DNA from: Takakia lepidozioides | Taxonomy: Eukaryota; Plantae; Bryophyta | Reading direction: 5' to 3' | NCBI GenBank assembly: GCA_030704615.1 | Contig: CM060732.1 | Location: forward strand, 46,562,001 to 46,626,000 | DNA: 64,000 bases | In this document: positions 49,201-62,100 of the stretch, piece after piece | Layout of the letters: every line of letters starts with the position of its first letter | How positions within the stretch are numbered: position 1 is the stretch's first letter | Made by a program: the position numbers and the translations under genes | The notes under the pieces: model-generated | The model's input: only the letters and a program-made list of their open reading frames with translations | Databases searched by the model: none | What the model was told of the DNA's origin: nothing

Positions 49201-52200
49201 TTCATCAGTTGATGCTGCTGCCCGATTTCCGGATGAACTGGGCTTGGGTGATACATCCTCCTCTGGCCCCAGCAACACCTCTCCATTTGGGGCGCAGCGG
49301 GGCTCTGGCAGGGGACCTGTAAGCAGCACCACTCTATCTACGTCCTCAGCAGCTGCAGGTTAGCATTTCTGCCTTGTGTGGTCTCGTCTGTGTGGGGGCT
49401 TTTTCTCTCAGTGTTCTGGTGCTGATGAAGTAGGCAGCGTGCCTGAGGAGTGTCCCACAAGTGTGATTACTTCCATTAGCAGTGCCCAGCAAGGCAATGC
49501 ACGCGCCATATGAAATGTTTGTATACGTAGTCTGTCGTAGATTCAAGTAGGTCGTTTGTTAGGTGAGGCTATTTGCACTGGCGGGGGGTGGGCATCTTTG
49601 AGCTGCTGCTGACTAGCTTTCCATGCTGCTCTAGAGTGCCTTTGTGTTGGCCGCCGTCGTTAGTAGTCGTCGCCACAATTGTTGTTAGAAAGGAATCGGC
49701 ACATGGGATGGGGACCCATGGCATTTCTATGGGATCGGTCGTGTTGACAAGCAGTTTGCGGGTTGCAGTCCTGCAGAGCTGTTTACTCTCGGTGGGATTT
49801 TTTTTCTGTGGGTTTCAACAAGCCTTGGCCATTACCAAAAGGTCGGGTTACAAGTAGACTTCCATCAGCAAAAGGAGGAAAATTATACTTAATCTTGTTG
49901 GCATCTCATTGTGTTTAATGTGTATATGTTGGGAAACATTTATGCAGGCAACAGTAAGTTGCGAAGCAGCCGACGCTCATCAAGGGTGGCCAGAGGGGGC
50001 AATGCAATAGGGGGTGGAAATGGAAGTGGGAGTGGGAATGTTGGGGCAGGAATGGGATCTAGCTCAGGAGTGTTCAGTGGCGGGCGAACTCCGCCTAGTC
50101 TCTTCCAGCCTCAATCTCAGCTGCAGCAACAGGCCATGGGGGGTGTTGGGCAACAACATTTGCAGTCTATTGGCTTCTCAGATCAACGGGGCCAGTCACA
50201 GGGTTTGCCAAGGGTTGGGTCAGGCAGCAGTTGGCAAGGAAGTCAAGGCCACCGGAAAGGGACTGTGACCCAAGGGCGGCCGCCAGTGGGAGAGCGTGGT
50301 ACCCCAGAGAAGATATTTGCACCATCATCAAAGTTAAAACAGGTCCAGACCACTTCACTTTAAACACAGTAGAGCCTCTGATCACTAAGAACAAACCAAC
50401 CCCAATATCCTACATTGTCCTTGATTGTTCTGAAGAAGGTCTCTCTCTGGTGAGAATATCCCATGCAATGTACCTGAAAATAGATATTGTCTGAGGTTGC
50501 CCGCACATGGGCGAGGACCTTAAGGATCTCAAGGGCCTACCTACCCTTTGGCACTAGAACAAAATTTAAACTCAGCGCGGGAAGCCTACCTGTGGGCAAC
50601 AAACAGACAGAGAGGAATCCTAGGTTCATTTTCATTGGACAGTCCTTGGGCATCAGAAATGGCTTTGGACACAAACCCCTCCAGTTCAGCTTCATCCAGT
50701 AGGGTCTATTCTGCTGGACTGATATTCGGACACGTGCAAATCTCTTCTACCTTTTTCCTTCAAGACTTAGCCTGTCTAACAGGACAGTATTACTTCCAAG
50801 AAGTAGCGTCGATTATGTTAGGCTATCTGGTATTAGGCATGCATTTAACTGACCCCACCATTTGACCTTGAATTCATTACTTTGAGAGCTTAAGGGAGGT
50901 ATGCCGAACTTGCCCTGAACAGCTAACAGCTTCATTAGCTGTTTTGGAACAAGCCGACATTCTTTCTTTGAGCACCGCGACCTGAATGGATTCTAGAGAA
51001 TTAGCATGATTGAAATTGTCGACCCACACATCAGATGCGTACTCGAAGGCTGGCCTCATAACATTGCAGAGCATGGTCCTTTTAACTTTAGTATTAAACC
51101 CTCTGCAGTTGAAAAAATTAGTGAGACCCAAAGCTTTGTGTTTAGCTGATTGAATCACTTTTTGTATATGCGCATCCCAGTTACAGTTGGAAGGAAACTC
51201 AACACCAAGATATGTGTAGGTCCCGTACATGTATCTCTGCACATTAGCTTCTAGCCTCCACAGGTCAAAGATCCTCTTCGTACTGTTAATCAGCCGGCTC
51301 CTATGGTGGAATCACCCACCTGTAGCCCAAACCCCTCTTTCCATCTGTTCAAGAAGCTGATTAATGAAAACATTGAAGAGGAGTTGCGAGAGGGTACAAC
51401 CTTGTGCTACACCTTGATCAATATCAATATCAATATCAATATCTGGACCTCTTCCTTCTTGAATTTTTCTGTGTGCCACTTTCGAATTGAACGTTTCTCA
51501 GATGTCTTGGTGTTAAGAAAACGCCTTTTGATCCCAGTCTATACAAGAAAGTAGTCAGAGGACTGTTCTATCGACCGCTACTTTGGCACACTGGGGACCA
51601 ACTCCTTGTCCACTACAAGATAATCCACAATGTCCCTTTCACAGTTTGAGATTTTCTTGAGTCCACTGCAAGGGTCTTCTATGGACCTCTTGTTCAAGGT
51701 CAGAAGCTGAAGTTCTACCACCAAATTGATGTCCTTCTCATTGGAATGCAGCCCATTCTTACCAAAAAACCCTATGACATTGTCTAGTTGTAGACCCTTC
51801 CGCACCCTCCCCCACCAAGACCACATGGCATTTGGTGAGGAACTTAGCAGTTCAGCTTGACGTCTTGGAAGGCTTTATGAATGTCAACACTGGTCCCTCG
51901 GTAGCATGTAGATGCAGCCCCCAAAGAGATCCTTAACCTCACGCCACCCTTCAATTTCAGTCTCAGCCAGAAACTATGTTCATACCGAAGTTCCTTGGTG
52001 ATAATCTCACAATTATCACAGATTAAATCATGGACAAAGATTCCCACACCTTTCTAACCACTCTTAGCAGAGGCCGCCTTGAGGGCATACATCTTACGAA
52101 ATAGCCAACGACATTCTCAAGTAGGTAGTCTGGAGTTTCCGATGCGTTCTGCCCAGGGAAAATGTGAATGCCGTTTGCTTGAAGAACTTGTCCCACTTCA

Positions 52201-55122
52201 AAAAAAATTCTTTGGTTACTTCGCCCACAGAAGTTAAAGGTCAGCAGACGCTTTATGCGTATGAATTGTCTGAAGTCTAGGTGGCTTTTGAATACTCCTA
52301 TATGCAATTCTGCATTGGTGGGTTGCTTATAGGCTTTGATCATCTGGTGTAGACGTTGAGGATTGGCATGCCATATGCTTCATTCACTTGTTGATCAATC
52401 CCCGCACGCGTAGGTACATCTGCTTCTTCTGGGGCAACCTCTTCCAGGGCTTCAAGCGGATTGGATACTTCCAGTGTAAAATCCACATCTTGACTGTCTT
52501 CCTCGGACGCCTCATTGAATCGCCAATGTCTACAACTGCTCTCCAACCAGTCCAAGGTCGAACTTCTCTGAGATACTTTGAAGTGAATCTCTTCTTGTAG
52601 TATTCTTAGACATTGTTACCTGCAATGCACCTCTGACACCAAGTCTTGAGGTTGTGCCATCAGCCCCATAATCCATGCCAAATTTGAGCAAGTAGTTTTA
52701 AATGACACATCATCAATCCTGGGATTCACCCCAAAACCTGCACCTGAAGCTCTAGCTTTGGCATAACAGGTTCCAGGAATCACCCTGCGCAGTGCGGACA
52801 GTATTCAATGCAGCAGTGTCACGTGAATTTTCATAATTGGCAGGCTAGATATTTAAACACAAGGGAAAACCCTAGCCAGGTGCCAAGCATGCCCGACAGA
52901 GCATGCAACTACCCACTTTGAGTGGAGGGGCTGGCCCCAAGCAATAGGGATCCGCTTTTCACCATTCAGAGATCATCACTCCAAGGGAGCTGCAGGGAAT
53001 GGCCCGCATAGACATATTCTAAAGAGGGGAAGGCTCCATTTTCTCCAACTAAATTCAATGTACTACCTTACCCGAAGTAGAGTGCTTCAGTCAAGACCAA
53101 CATAGGCACAAGGTCACATGGCCAGCATTTAGTCGCAGAGACATGTATCTGCTCCCACATCAAGTCCACCCCATGGCAATAGGTATCCTAGTGGGCAGAG
53201 AGAGAGAGAATGTACTCATAAGACGTTGTATGCCGTAGCCCCGTGCCCAGTTTGAACAGAACACAAAGGGACAGAAACTCTTTTTGTCAGGTGCTGACAC
53301 CGGTAGTATGACTTACCTAAATAGACCACTGATCGGAGTTTTCCAGAAATCCCTTCATACAAACATCAATTTGCTGTGTGTGATTTGCCCAATAAGAGAC
53401 CCCGAAAGGGCCTGGCTTTTGGCTCAGCCTCGATATTGCAAAGTTGGGAGAGAGATAAAGAGATAGGGCTTGTCTCGTCATGACAAGGAAGGGTGTGTCA
53501 GGACTTGACCAGATCAGAAAGTTTTTTTAAAAAAACCAGGATAAAACAGCCTTAAATTGCAAGGCACCATCACCCTACTCCTAAACCAGTCTTGCTCCTG
53601 AGTTGCTTCAGACCTCTGGGTGATTGGGGTGGGTGGTGGGGTTTGTTATAAACCCTTCAAAAAGCCACCTTTCTCCATAGTGGCAGACATCATACTGAAC
53701 AATATTTATGTTCACCGTACTGTCATACTGGGATTTCCAGAAATCCGAAATTTGTGCTTTTTAGCATGTAGACTGTAGGTCAGTGACCTCCAAGTCAGCC
53801 TTAGCCTTTACAAAACCAGTGCTTGCTTAAAATCATAAAGATCTCTGCCCACCGTAAGTGTCTGAGCAAAGTACTTCTCTGTGAGGATAATTCGGTTTCA
53901 TCAAAGTAGCGTCAACACAATTACTTCCCTGAAAATCACATGTTTCAAAACTGAGACAAATCCAAGTCTTCCACCATAGCCTGAATGGGGTACCGCCATG
54001 TCTTAAAACGAAACAAATACAGTATTCTAAATGAAACCACTCAGCTGGGCTGTAAACTGAGATTGAGAGGGGGCAAATGTCCCTCACAGAAACATGAAGC
54101 TGTCGTGAAGCGTTGTACCAGGCAGTGGCTGCCTCATGCGATACGCGATTTCCGTTATCTATCCAATGTATTCCGGAGCAGAACTTACATGTGTAGCTTA
54201 GAGACCTATGAAAGGTGAAGGACCCTCACCTGTGCCCATCCCAAAAACCACTACATCCAACAGAAGGCGTGTTAGTGAGGATGCACGAGGTGAGTAGCAG
54301 GTCTTCACACTTGCTATTGCTCTCCAACATATTATCACGGGCACACAGAGAACGACAAATGAGTCGTAGAATCAAAGTGGGGGAGACACCCACTCATGTC
54401 GTACACAGCGGTGGGAAAGCAAGTGAAAGATTGCAAGAGTAATAGTAAAGGTGTGACATTGCGCAGAACCTTGAAAGTTTGAGGCAGACCATTCTGCGAC
54501 ATTGGGCATATCCGTTCACACAACAAGAAGTAATTGCAAAGCACTTGCAAGGGCTGAGTGTAATTTCCTGTTCGTGTCAACAAGTGAGCCATGACGTCCC
54601 TATAACTGCATAGGGAGCTCAACCAACACAATGAAGGCAAGGTTGCGTTGCTGGCAGCAGACCTGTTGAAAATCTCTTGAAGGCAAAGCTTGGGGAGCGG
54701 TGTACCCGACACTTTGCCTGTAGTGTCAGGTAGCTGCCATTCGTACTCAAACAGCTTTTGTAACTGAAGACTAAATTGGCAAGGGTTCTGAAAACCTAAA
54801 TTCAAACCAGCACATGGGCACACAATAAATCCCACAAGGTCCTAGCCAGGGAATGAATTTTGCAGCAAGTGTCTACTTGTCTGTGTCAGGACATCCATAG
54901 GGAAAAATACTATATTCCACCTGAAATATTTTACCCAAGATTAAAGAGAGAGGGAGAGAGAGAGAGAGAGAGCCCTCTTCCCAACGTGTTTCATCCTTGA
55001 ATGACTAAAATCTGCAGGTGTACGTTGTCAAGTCATCATCATCACCACAAAGAAACAGTGGCGAGTCAGGGGCGACCATGTTTAGTAGGGCTGAAGTGGG
55101 CCAACAAGCGATGGGCCATTAA
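34241..55122 (+). CDS. Large low-complexity protein with a BAT2/PRRC2-like N-terminus (AT3G50370-like); 17 exons, ~2,859 aa
   Basis: GT-AG exons with consistent phases: 34241-34613, 35410-35859, 37876-39215, 40024-40247, 40509-41910, 42185-42278, 42583-42809, 43128-44951, 45450-45745, 46291-46438, 46891-47101, 47241-47420, 47531-47743, 48077-48801, 48986-49358, 49948-50342, 55018-55122 (8,580 nt). Conserved blocks: KFASVNLNKSYG, KLTVPLPVNLPSLRREH, VLRGEDFPAL, DPERESFEAELERVQ, FEQPGIEAPSDEDDFIEVRSKRQMLNDRREQREK, KIQFGAVTSP, EAEAAASAVAVAAISSDE, GKQPDWKH, KLKQVYVVK. Confidence 0.88.
35150..35245 (-). mobile_element. Short non-LTR retroposon 3'-end (SINE/LINE tail) in intron 1
   Basis: GGCTACGGCAAACAACGTCTTATGAGTACATTCT is shared with copies at 45175-45300, 53200-53280 and a diverged copy at ~26615-26650. 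Confidence 0.6.
36330..37640 (-). mobile_element. Decayed L1-like RT relic in intron 2
   Basis: Minus-strand remnants resemble GLRQG..LSP (~37490-37530), YIDE (~37400) and KYL (~37170) in LINE RT order. Heavily mutated. Confidence 0.4.
45153..45300 (+). mobile_element. Two nested copies of the short retroposon 3'-end in intron 8
   Basis: The core GGCTACGGCAAACAACGTCTTATGAGTAC occurs twice. The first copy is flanked by a 14-bp direct repeat, TTCTGTCCCTTTGT. Confidence 0.65.
50870..52620 (-). mobile_element. Internally deleted LINE relic (ORF1 end, endonuclease, RT C-terminus) in the last intron
   Basis: LEVSNPLEAL (L.NRF..L-like), GVGIFVHD..SFWLRL and IVDYLVV (APE endonuclease-like), then YTYLGVEF..WDAHI..MRPAFEYASDVW..LESIQ (RT thumb). 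Confidence 0.7.
53198..53282 (-). mobile_element. Short retroposon 3'-end with a (TC)n tail
   Basis: Reverse complement reads AGTTTCTGTCCCTTTGT..CAAACTGG..GGCTACGGCATACAACGTCTTATGAGTACATTCTCTCTCTCTC. Confidence 0.65.
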
Positions 55123-57645
55123 CACTGGCTCTGTACTAAGCTTGGCCAGGAAGGAAATGTGTGACTATATTTGATGCTCAGGGTCTCTCTCCATGAGGAC
55201 ATTAATGTCAAATTGTGGAACACAGCTCTCTTGCCTCACACAAGCGGTCACACGAATGTGCCGAGTTGTGTTGACTTCTGGCATCCAATCCTCATCATAT
55301 TTATTTCCGAATTTTTGACACTGCTCGTTGGAGTCGCTCCCATCAGGTTTCGTAAACAGGATCCACTGGTTTGCTTCTACTTTCCTAGTTCTCCATTTGC
55401 TCCTCCGTGGGATCCAACACCTTCGTGCCATACTAAAGACCTTCCAGTATCTCTGTGTAGCTGTGCGAGCTCCAAGAAGGTAGGCTCCTTGTGGGCCTGT
55501 GCTACTGGAATTGCATGTTTTGTCTCTCCTTTGCAGGCCGGTTTTCTGGGATAACTTGAATGGCATGCTCAGGGGCACATGTGACTGAGCATTTGACAGA
55601 TTACCAGCAGGTTTTTCCATCGGAGTTGGGTGTATATGGATTGACTGTTTCTGGGCACTCGGTTCATTTCTCTCATTTATCGCCAGATCCAACTTGGTGG
55701 TGTTTTCTTCGAGTGTGGCTTTTGAAGTAGGGAACCACCTCGCACCCAAAAATGGCTTTTTGAGGCTATTCTTTCAAAGGTCTTCCTTGGTGACTTCCAT
55801 GATGTGCTGCTTTCCACAATTATAAAGCAAGCCCTGTAGTTTTATAATCCAATTGATAAACAATAATTTATTTCCTTTTCCGAGCTTCTTTTCAAGCAAT
55901 GTGCAATCACCCAGTCCATGACACGCGTGTATGCAAGGTGGAATGTACAAGATTGTTCTCAGTGTAATTTTTTGTTTGGAGTGATTAGTGTTGGAGTGCA
56001 GTTTTGCATAGCTGTTTGCAGTCTGAGATTGCTTTTGCAATTTTTTCTTCAGCAAATACTACCAAATATCAATCATCAGAAAAAGGAAAGTGAATCTGTT
56101 TGCTTGGATTTCCTTTCTTGACAAATATGAGAGCATGACTACTGGGTGAATATGGTCTTGTACTGGTGTAAGTCTTGGCGTATGTGTGCAAGCTTGCTGC
56201 CCTAGTCAAATGCAGTTGGCATCTCAAGAATGTGAAGCTCATTGCCGCTGGTTGGGTCAGCCTCAATTACAAGGTGACGATCATTGAGGGAAAGGTCTGA
56301 AGTGGACCATATGGAGGGAGGATTTGGTTCCTCAAGTGGCAGCGACAGTCAAGGTGCGTTTATAAATTATAGAGGCTTGCATCTAATTAACCTAGGGTTT
56401 CCTCCCTTCAATTCTGTTCAGTTAGATACAAGGGCCACATTACAGTCAATAGAGAGGACTGTTGATACACATTTTTTCCAGCGAGTCATAGCGAGATTCG
56501 ATTGTTTGATTGCAGGAAGCAATAAATGTAAAGAGTATGGGAAGGGGAATTCGAAGAGGTTGGTGGTGGGGATACTCTGAACTCTATGAAACGAGATGGC
56601 CAAAGAGGTTCTCCTGTGTTTTGGATAGAAATTCAATGTCTGAGCAGGGTAGGAGGGGATTTTGTGGTACAAAAAATGCAAAAAGAAATGCTGGCCAACT
56701 CCTGTTTTTGTTATGAAGTTAGTCATTGTGCGTCAGATGGGGAATGAGCTGGAGGAGAATGAACCATGGGAGTATTGAGTTATCAATTGACTTTGTGATG
56801 GCTTGACACCCTGTTACCTTTCGAGCACAGCTGATGCAAGTGGGTACGTTGTGAAATGTTGTGACATATGCCCATTTCTTGTCCAGTGAACTAAAGGTTC
56901 TGGTCCTTCCTAGTTCACCTTTTGTGTTTTCAAATACAAGCTTGTCTGGAATTTCTTGGCGCAACTTGCATACATTGTGTCTGCAGAGAAATTACTCCCT
57001 AGGTCATGCTGACCAAAGTTGAGTTAGGTCGAAGAACTGCCAAAAAATCTTTGCTCATTGGCAAGGGGCTTTCAAGCATTGATTTGATATGTCATCACGA
57101 CCACTATGATGGAGGTTCTTGTTGATTGCAGCTTGGTGTATGTTTTGTAAGTAGTAAGTAGTAAGGGGCTCTTTTGTGAAAGAGACCAATTGCGAACAAT
57201 AAACTCCAATTTCCAATAGAAAACTTTCCACCTTATTTTGTCAGCAGGGGTTAGCATAAGTGTGTCAACACTGATGTGAAGGTGATGTCAACAAGCGCAT
57301 GGTATGTATTATGTATAGGGTAAGGCCGGAGGACGGGGGCCTTACCCGGCATAAAGACACCGCCAAGGATTTCCTTTACCATCGACAGCTGGGATCATCT
57401 AAATCGGACGGCTCACAAGAGCAGGAACCTTACGCAACATAAGGTGCCTTCCCTGGAGGAGAGGAAGAACCTTATGCGGCGTAAGGTGCCATGCTCAGCT
57501 GGCGTGAAAATTCCTCGTGTAAGGCGCCATCCTCTCTAACTAAAAAATCCCGGCCCGGTCTTTGAGTATGTGAGTCCCACCCTAGTTTTGGGGGTTATAA
57601 TTACAAGTTGACTCCGAAGCGACTAACATACTCAGGAGGTTTGAA

Positions 57646-58472
57646 CAGTGTTGAGTGGGTATTGAATTTAGAATTTTTACTTACCCTCAACCTGAATTTA
57701 GAGAAAACATTTACCTGCTGGGTCAGGGTATTACAATTTTTCAAATGGGAAGGTAAGGGTAGGTTTCGGGTAATGTACATTTGTAGAACACACCGGGTCA
57801 GGGTATAACCGGGTACTACCAAATATAACCTGAGGGTAAGGTTATTTAACGGGTCGGGGTAATTTGGTATTCCCGTAGGATAAATATGGGTTTAGGTAAG
57901 ATAAGGGTAAGGTAAATGGAAATTATGTAAGGATTTCAGATAAATTGGCAAACATAACCATTATAAGCCAATCAGATTTTAACCATTAGAAATTAAAAGT
58001 AAATATATATAAATTATGACTTGAGCATAACAATCAATGCTTAATAACTGATTTTCGATCCCAAGAATGTAAAAACAAAATATAGGCACATGTGCAAGGC
58101 AACCTAGAGAACGCACTAGTACCTCCATGATCCATAGTCCTATTTCTTGCTTTGAGATTTGTGATGTCCTTGAAGCACATTCTAATGAGCAAGGGACTGA
58201 ATGGCTACATGATCATAATGATCAGCAAGCCAGTTGAAAAAGTCGAGGCTGAGCCAAAAGCCCAGCCCCTTATGAGGCCTAGTTTTTGGGCAACTCACCC
58301 CTAAGGGTAGGGTAAATGCTGGTATTTTACCCTTCATCCGGATCCGGGGGAACATAAAAGATACCCTTGATAAGGGTCTGGTAAAGCATAAACCAAATCT
58401 CATGTTCGGGTATATATGGTTAACCTCATCCGGATATACCCCACGGGTAAATCGTATATCTGCTCAACACTG
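57646..58472. mobile_element. hAT-type MITE
   Basis: TIRs CAGTGTTGAG...CTCAACACTG with a flanking duplication GTTTGAA(C) on both sides and many GGGTA/TACCC subterminal motifs. Confidence 0.8.
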
Positions 58473-59157
58473 GTTTGAACTTAACCCTTAACTGCCTATA
58501 GATAGCTTTTTGTCAAACCAAAATTCACTTATCTCTACCTAGAAAATTGAGCCTATCCAGAAAAGTGAACCTACCTATCACATACATCCACAAACCTAAT
58601 CTTGGAGAATTTCACCATAGATTTGTCAAGATGATAAGGTTTTAATGTGTGGGAAGTTTTTTTACAAGTTTGTGAAATTAACAACCAGCATGTAGCCCAG
58701 TGGTAATGGGCACATACCACCTTGGATGTGGTTGTGGGTTCAAACCACCGTCTGGTGTGTCATGAAGGTGTCCACCTTCCTGTTATAAGAGGTAAAACAA
58801 AAAATAATAATAAAAATAAAAAAAATTGGTTTGACTATAGAAATGGACTTATGGTGATTTTTGCTGCCTATAAAAGTGGCATATCCACATTTCTAAACTT
58901 GTTACATGGATCCCCAGAAATTTTGAAGGCCAAATATCCAAATTTTCTAAATTCCCCTATGTACATGAAGTGGGGGGGTTTAAAAGCCATCAATATGCTT
59001 GAACTTCAAAAATGGACATACACACTATTTAGGTCCAAAGAAAAAGTATAATTTGGAAATAACAGTGGTGACAATGTTATGTGCACTCCACATAACATTC
59101 ATGCCCAATTTCTGTGATTTCCAAAATATATTGGTTGAATAAGGAAAAAGTCTAGCC

Positions 59158-62100
59158 TGAGTCAGTCCCGCAAGTTTTGTGCCCATCAGGGTGCGAAGGT
59201 AACCGGCAGAATAGTCCGGCAATTTCCTCCGGACCGCGTCAACTAATTTCTCTTGCACTTGTGTATGCCCTTTGTGAGGTCTTCAAACGACACCCGTGTC
59301 TTTATGGATTTCTCTTTTGGGACCCATCTTCCTCGAGTTGAACCTCACCGAGTCTAGCTAGTGTGGATTCCCCAAGGCGTTGGGTGCACTTAGCCACACC
59401 GTGATCTGCCGTGAAGATAACCACTCCAGGTGCCTAAATATGCGTTGACCCCTGGATTGACACTTGGGCCAATCCCAAGTATTAATATGTAAAAGCTAGC
59501 TATTTCCTAGCCAGTTTCACACTAGTGGTAAATTAACTTGACATAAGATATAGAGATGTGGCAAGCAGCAAGGTAGCAGTTGGGAGTTGGGAAATCCAAA
59601 CGTCTTAATTCATAGATTGATTGTTGAAGTGAAGTCCATCTACATACAGTTTTGCACACAGACCTTTGGGACGTATTCTAAAACAATAATCTATTTCCAC
59701 AGTCATCTATCGTGCACATACATATTGCTACACAACTACATCGTTATCCACATAACACATATGCACACACACACTAGTCGGCCACAATGATAAATAAAAA
59801 GAACACAAGCCCTCACGAGCTCAGAAGCTTTACACATAAAAACATCACTCATATCAAGTCAGCTCCTTGTGCGTTCGATTTCCACGGCAAGTCTCACCTA
59901 CTTCGGCATGTACCACATACAGAACGTCCATTATACTCCTGAATTCGTGTTGCCACCTGTCTTAGTACATGTCGATTCACCGTGTCGTGATGAATGTAGT
60001 ATGCACTGGCGGTTTCACGCTCCTCATCTTCAGTTTGATCTTCCTCGTTGGCGTATAAGTCATATATAAGGGCTTTGTCATGTATTCCTTGGTAGCCTTT
60101 TAACTTGTTAATATTAATTCGTCCCACGAATTCTTGTTCCAAGGTCTGCAAATCAACAGTTCCATTGTCATGTACCTTTTTTATTTATAATGGTCCCATC
60201 CATGGACCATGGGACCTTTTTCCGCCCAGTTTGATCTTCTTGATTTTTGGTATCCATAAAACAATGTCCCCGTCTTGGAAAGATTTTTCTTTCCCTTCAG
60301 ATATTCTTTTTCTTCATTGTTCTTGAATTCGTGCCATGTTATCTGCAGCGTCTGCCCGAACTTCTTCCAGATGGAATAACTCATATTCCCTGACTCGTAG
60401 AGATTCTTCTAAACCCCATCGTTCATGAGTTCCGGTTCGTAGTGTGGGTATCATACACTCAATGGGTAATAGTGCCTCTGCTCCATACACCAGTTGAAAT
60501 GGTGTATGTTTCATTGTCACCTTGTATGATGTCTTGAATGCCCATAGTGTTGTGTTCAATTTGGTGTCCCAATCTGTACGATTGGCATTTACTATCTTGG
60601 TTAAGATAGTGCATAATATCTTGTTGGTAGATTCGGCCTGGCCATTTCCTTGGGGATAGTAAGCAGTACTCTTGTGATGTACGATCATGAACTCCTCCGT
60701 CAAGCAATTTATGGCATCATTTATAAAATGTGATCCTTTGATCACTGACGAATTCCAGTGGACAACCAAATCGTGTGATGATGTTTTCATATAAGAATTT
60801 GGTTGTCGATTTGGTAGTGTTGTCTCTTAGTGCCTTAGCCTCTACCCATTTGGTAGTGCAGTCAGTGGCTGTGAGGATGTATTGATTTTGCGTGTACCTT
60901 GTTGGAGGTTTAATGGGTCCCACAACGTCTAGCCCCCATCGCTGAAATGGTTCTGTTGGTAGTATTGGGTGCATAGTACCCTTCCCAATTCGTTCTACTG
61001 GTCCCATCCTCTGGCAAACATCACATTGTTGACAGTGTTCATAAGTGTCTCCAAATACAGTAGGCCACCAGTAACCTGCTAATAATATCTTCTTTGCTGT
61101 CAGGTCCGAACTGAAGTGTCCTCCTGCAATTCCTTCGTGTAGCTCTTGCATCACTGTTTTGGCTTGCTCTTTATTTACACATCTTCTCATTATGGAGTCA
61201 ATTCCTCTTTTGTACAGAATCCCCTTGATTACTATGTATGGCTTGTTTTTCATTGAAAGCTTTCTCCTGTCATCTTTGGTGTAGTCTTCAGGAAATTTCC
61301 CTGTTTTCAGATAGTATTTGATTGGCCATTGCCAATCATCTTGATCTTGATTCTAAATGTCTTCTGATTCTTCCTTGGTAACTGTATACGCTCCAATACT
61401 GATATTGGCCAATTCTGGATTGTTTGTTTCTTTGTTTTCATTGCCATCTTCTTCTTCTGGATCTGGCTCTTCCTCAATAATAGGTCCTTCATCAAGTGGT
61501 TCATCTTCATCTGATGAGTCCTCTTCTTCGTCAGTGTCATCCATGAGTTTAAGAGTATCTGGAAGGTCATAGTCTCCTTGAAACAATCCCAGATCATCTA
61601 GAGGATCTGTCTCTTCATCTAATACTTCTGTTTGAACAGCAAACAGAAATGTGTCGGGAAGTTGATCCTCTACCCCCGTGGCTGGTTCTCCTGTAGTAAT
61701 CCTTGACAGATGATCTGCTGTAACATGTAATCTCCCTGGTTTATGAACAACTTCAAAATCGTACTCATGGAGAAGTAATAACCATCGAGCAACCCTGCCA
61801 CTAGCTAGTGGTCGATTTGCTAAATGAACTAGAGCCTGGTGATCAACAATAAACTTAAGGCGATTGCCAAGTAAATAATGCCGAAACTTTTGAACAGCAT
61901 AAATCATTGCCAATGCTTCCCTTTCTGTGGTGCTATAGTTCTTCTCGGCTGCTGTCAACAATCTGGTTGCATAATAGATTGGCGAATCTATTGTGCCTGT
62001 CACATTCTAAGCTAGAACTGCTCCCAAAGCAATGCCTGATGCATCACTGTGTACATGAAATCGTAAATCCCATCTTGGATTTATCAGAATTGGTATTGCT

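Noticed and set aside
52630-52642. tRNA-Met PBS-like CTCTGACACCA
   Set aside because: The match is imperfect, with no adjacent LTR end or gag, and the neighbouring sequence is LINE-like.
55165-55749. 194-aa minus-strand ORF after the stop codon
   Set aside because: It lies in the probable 3' UTR of the large gene, has a non-ATG start and shows no recognisable domain.
56000-56760. L1 ORF1 relic (PVFWIEIQCL; CFCYEVSHCASD knuckle-like)
   Set aside because: Only two weak, degenerate motifs, too little to support a feature.
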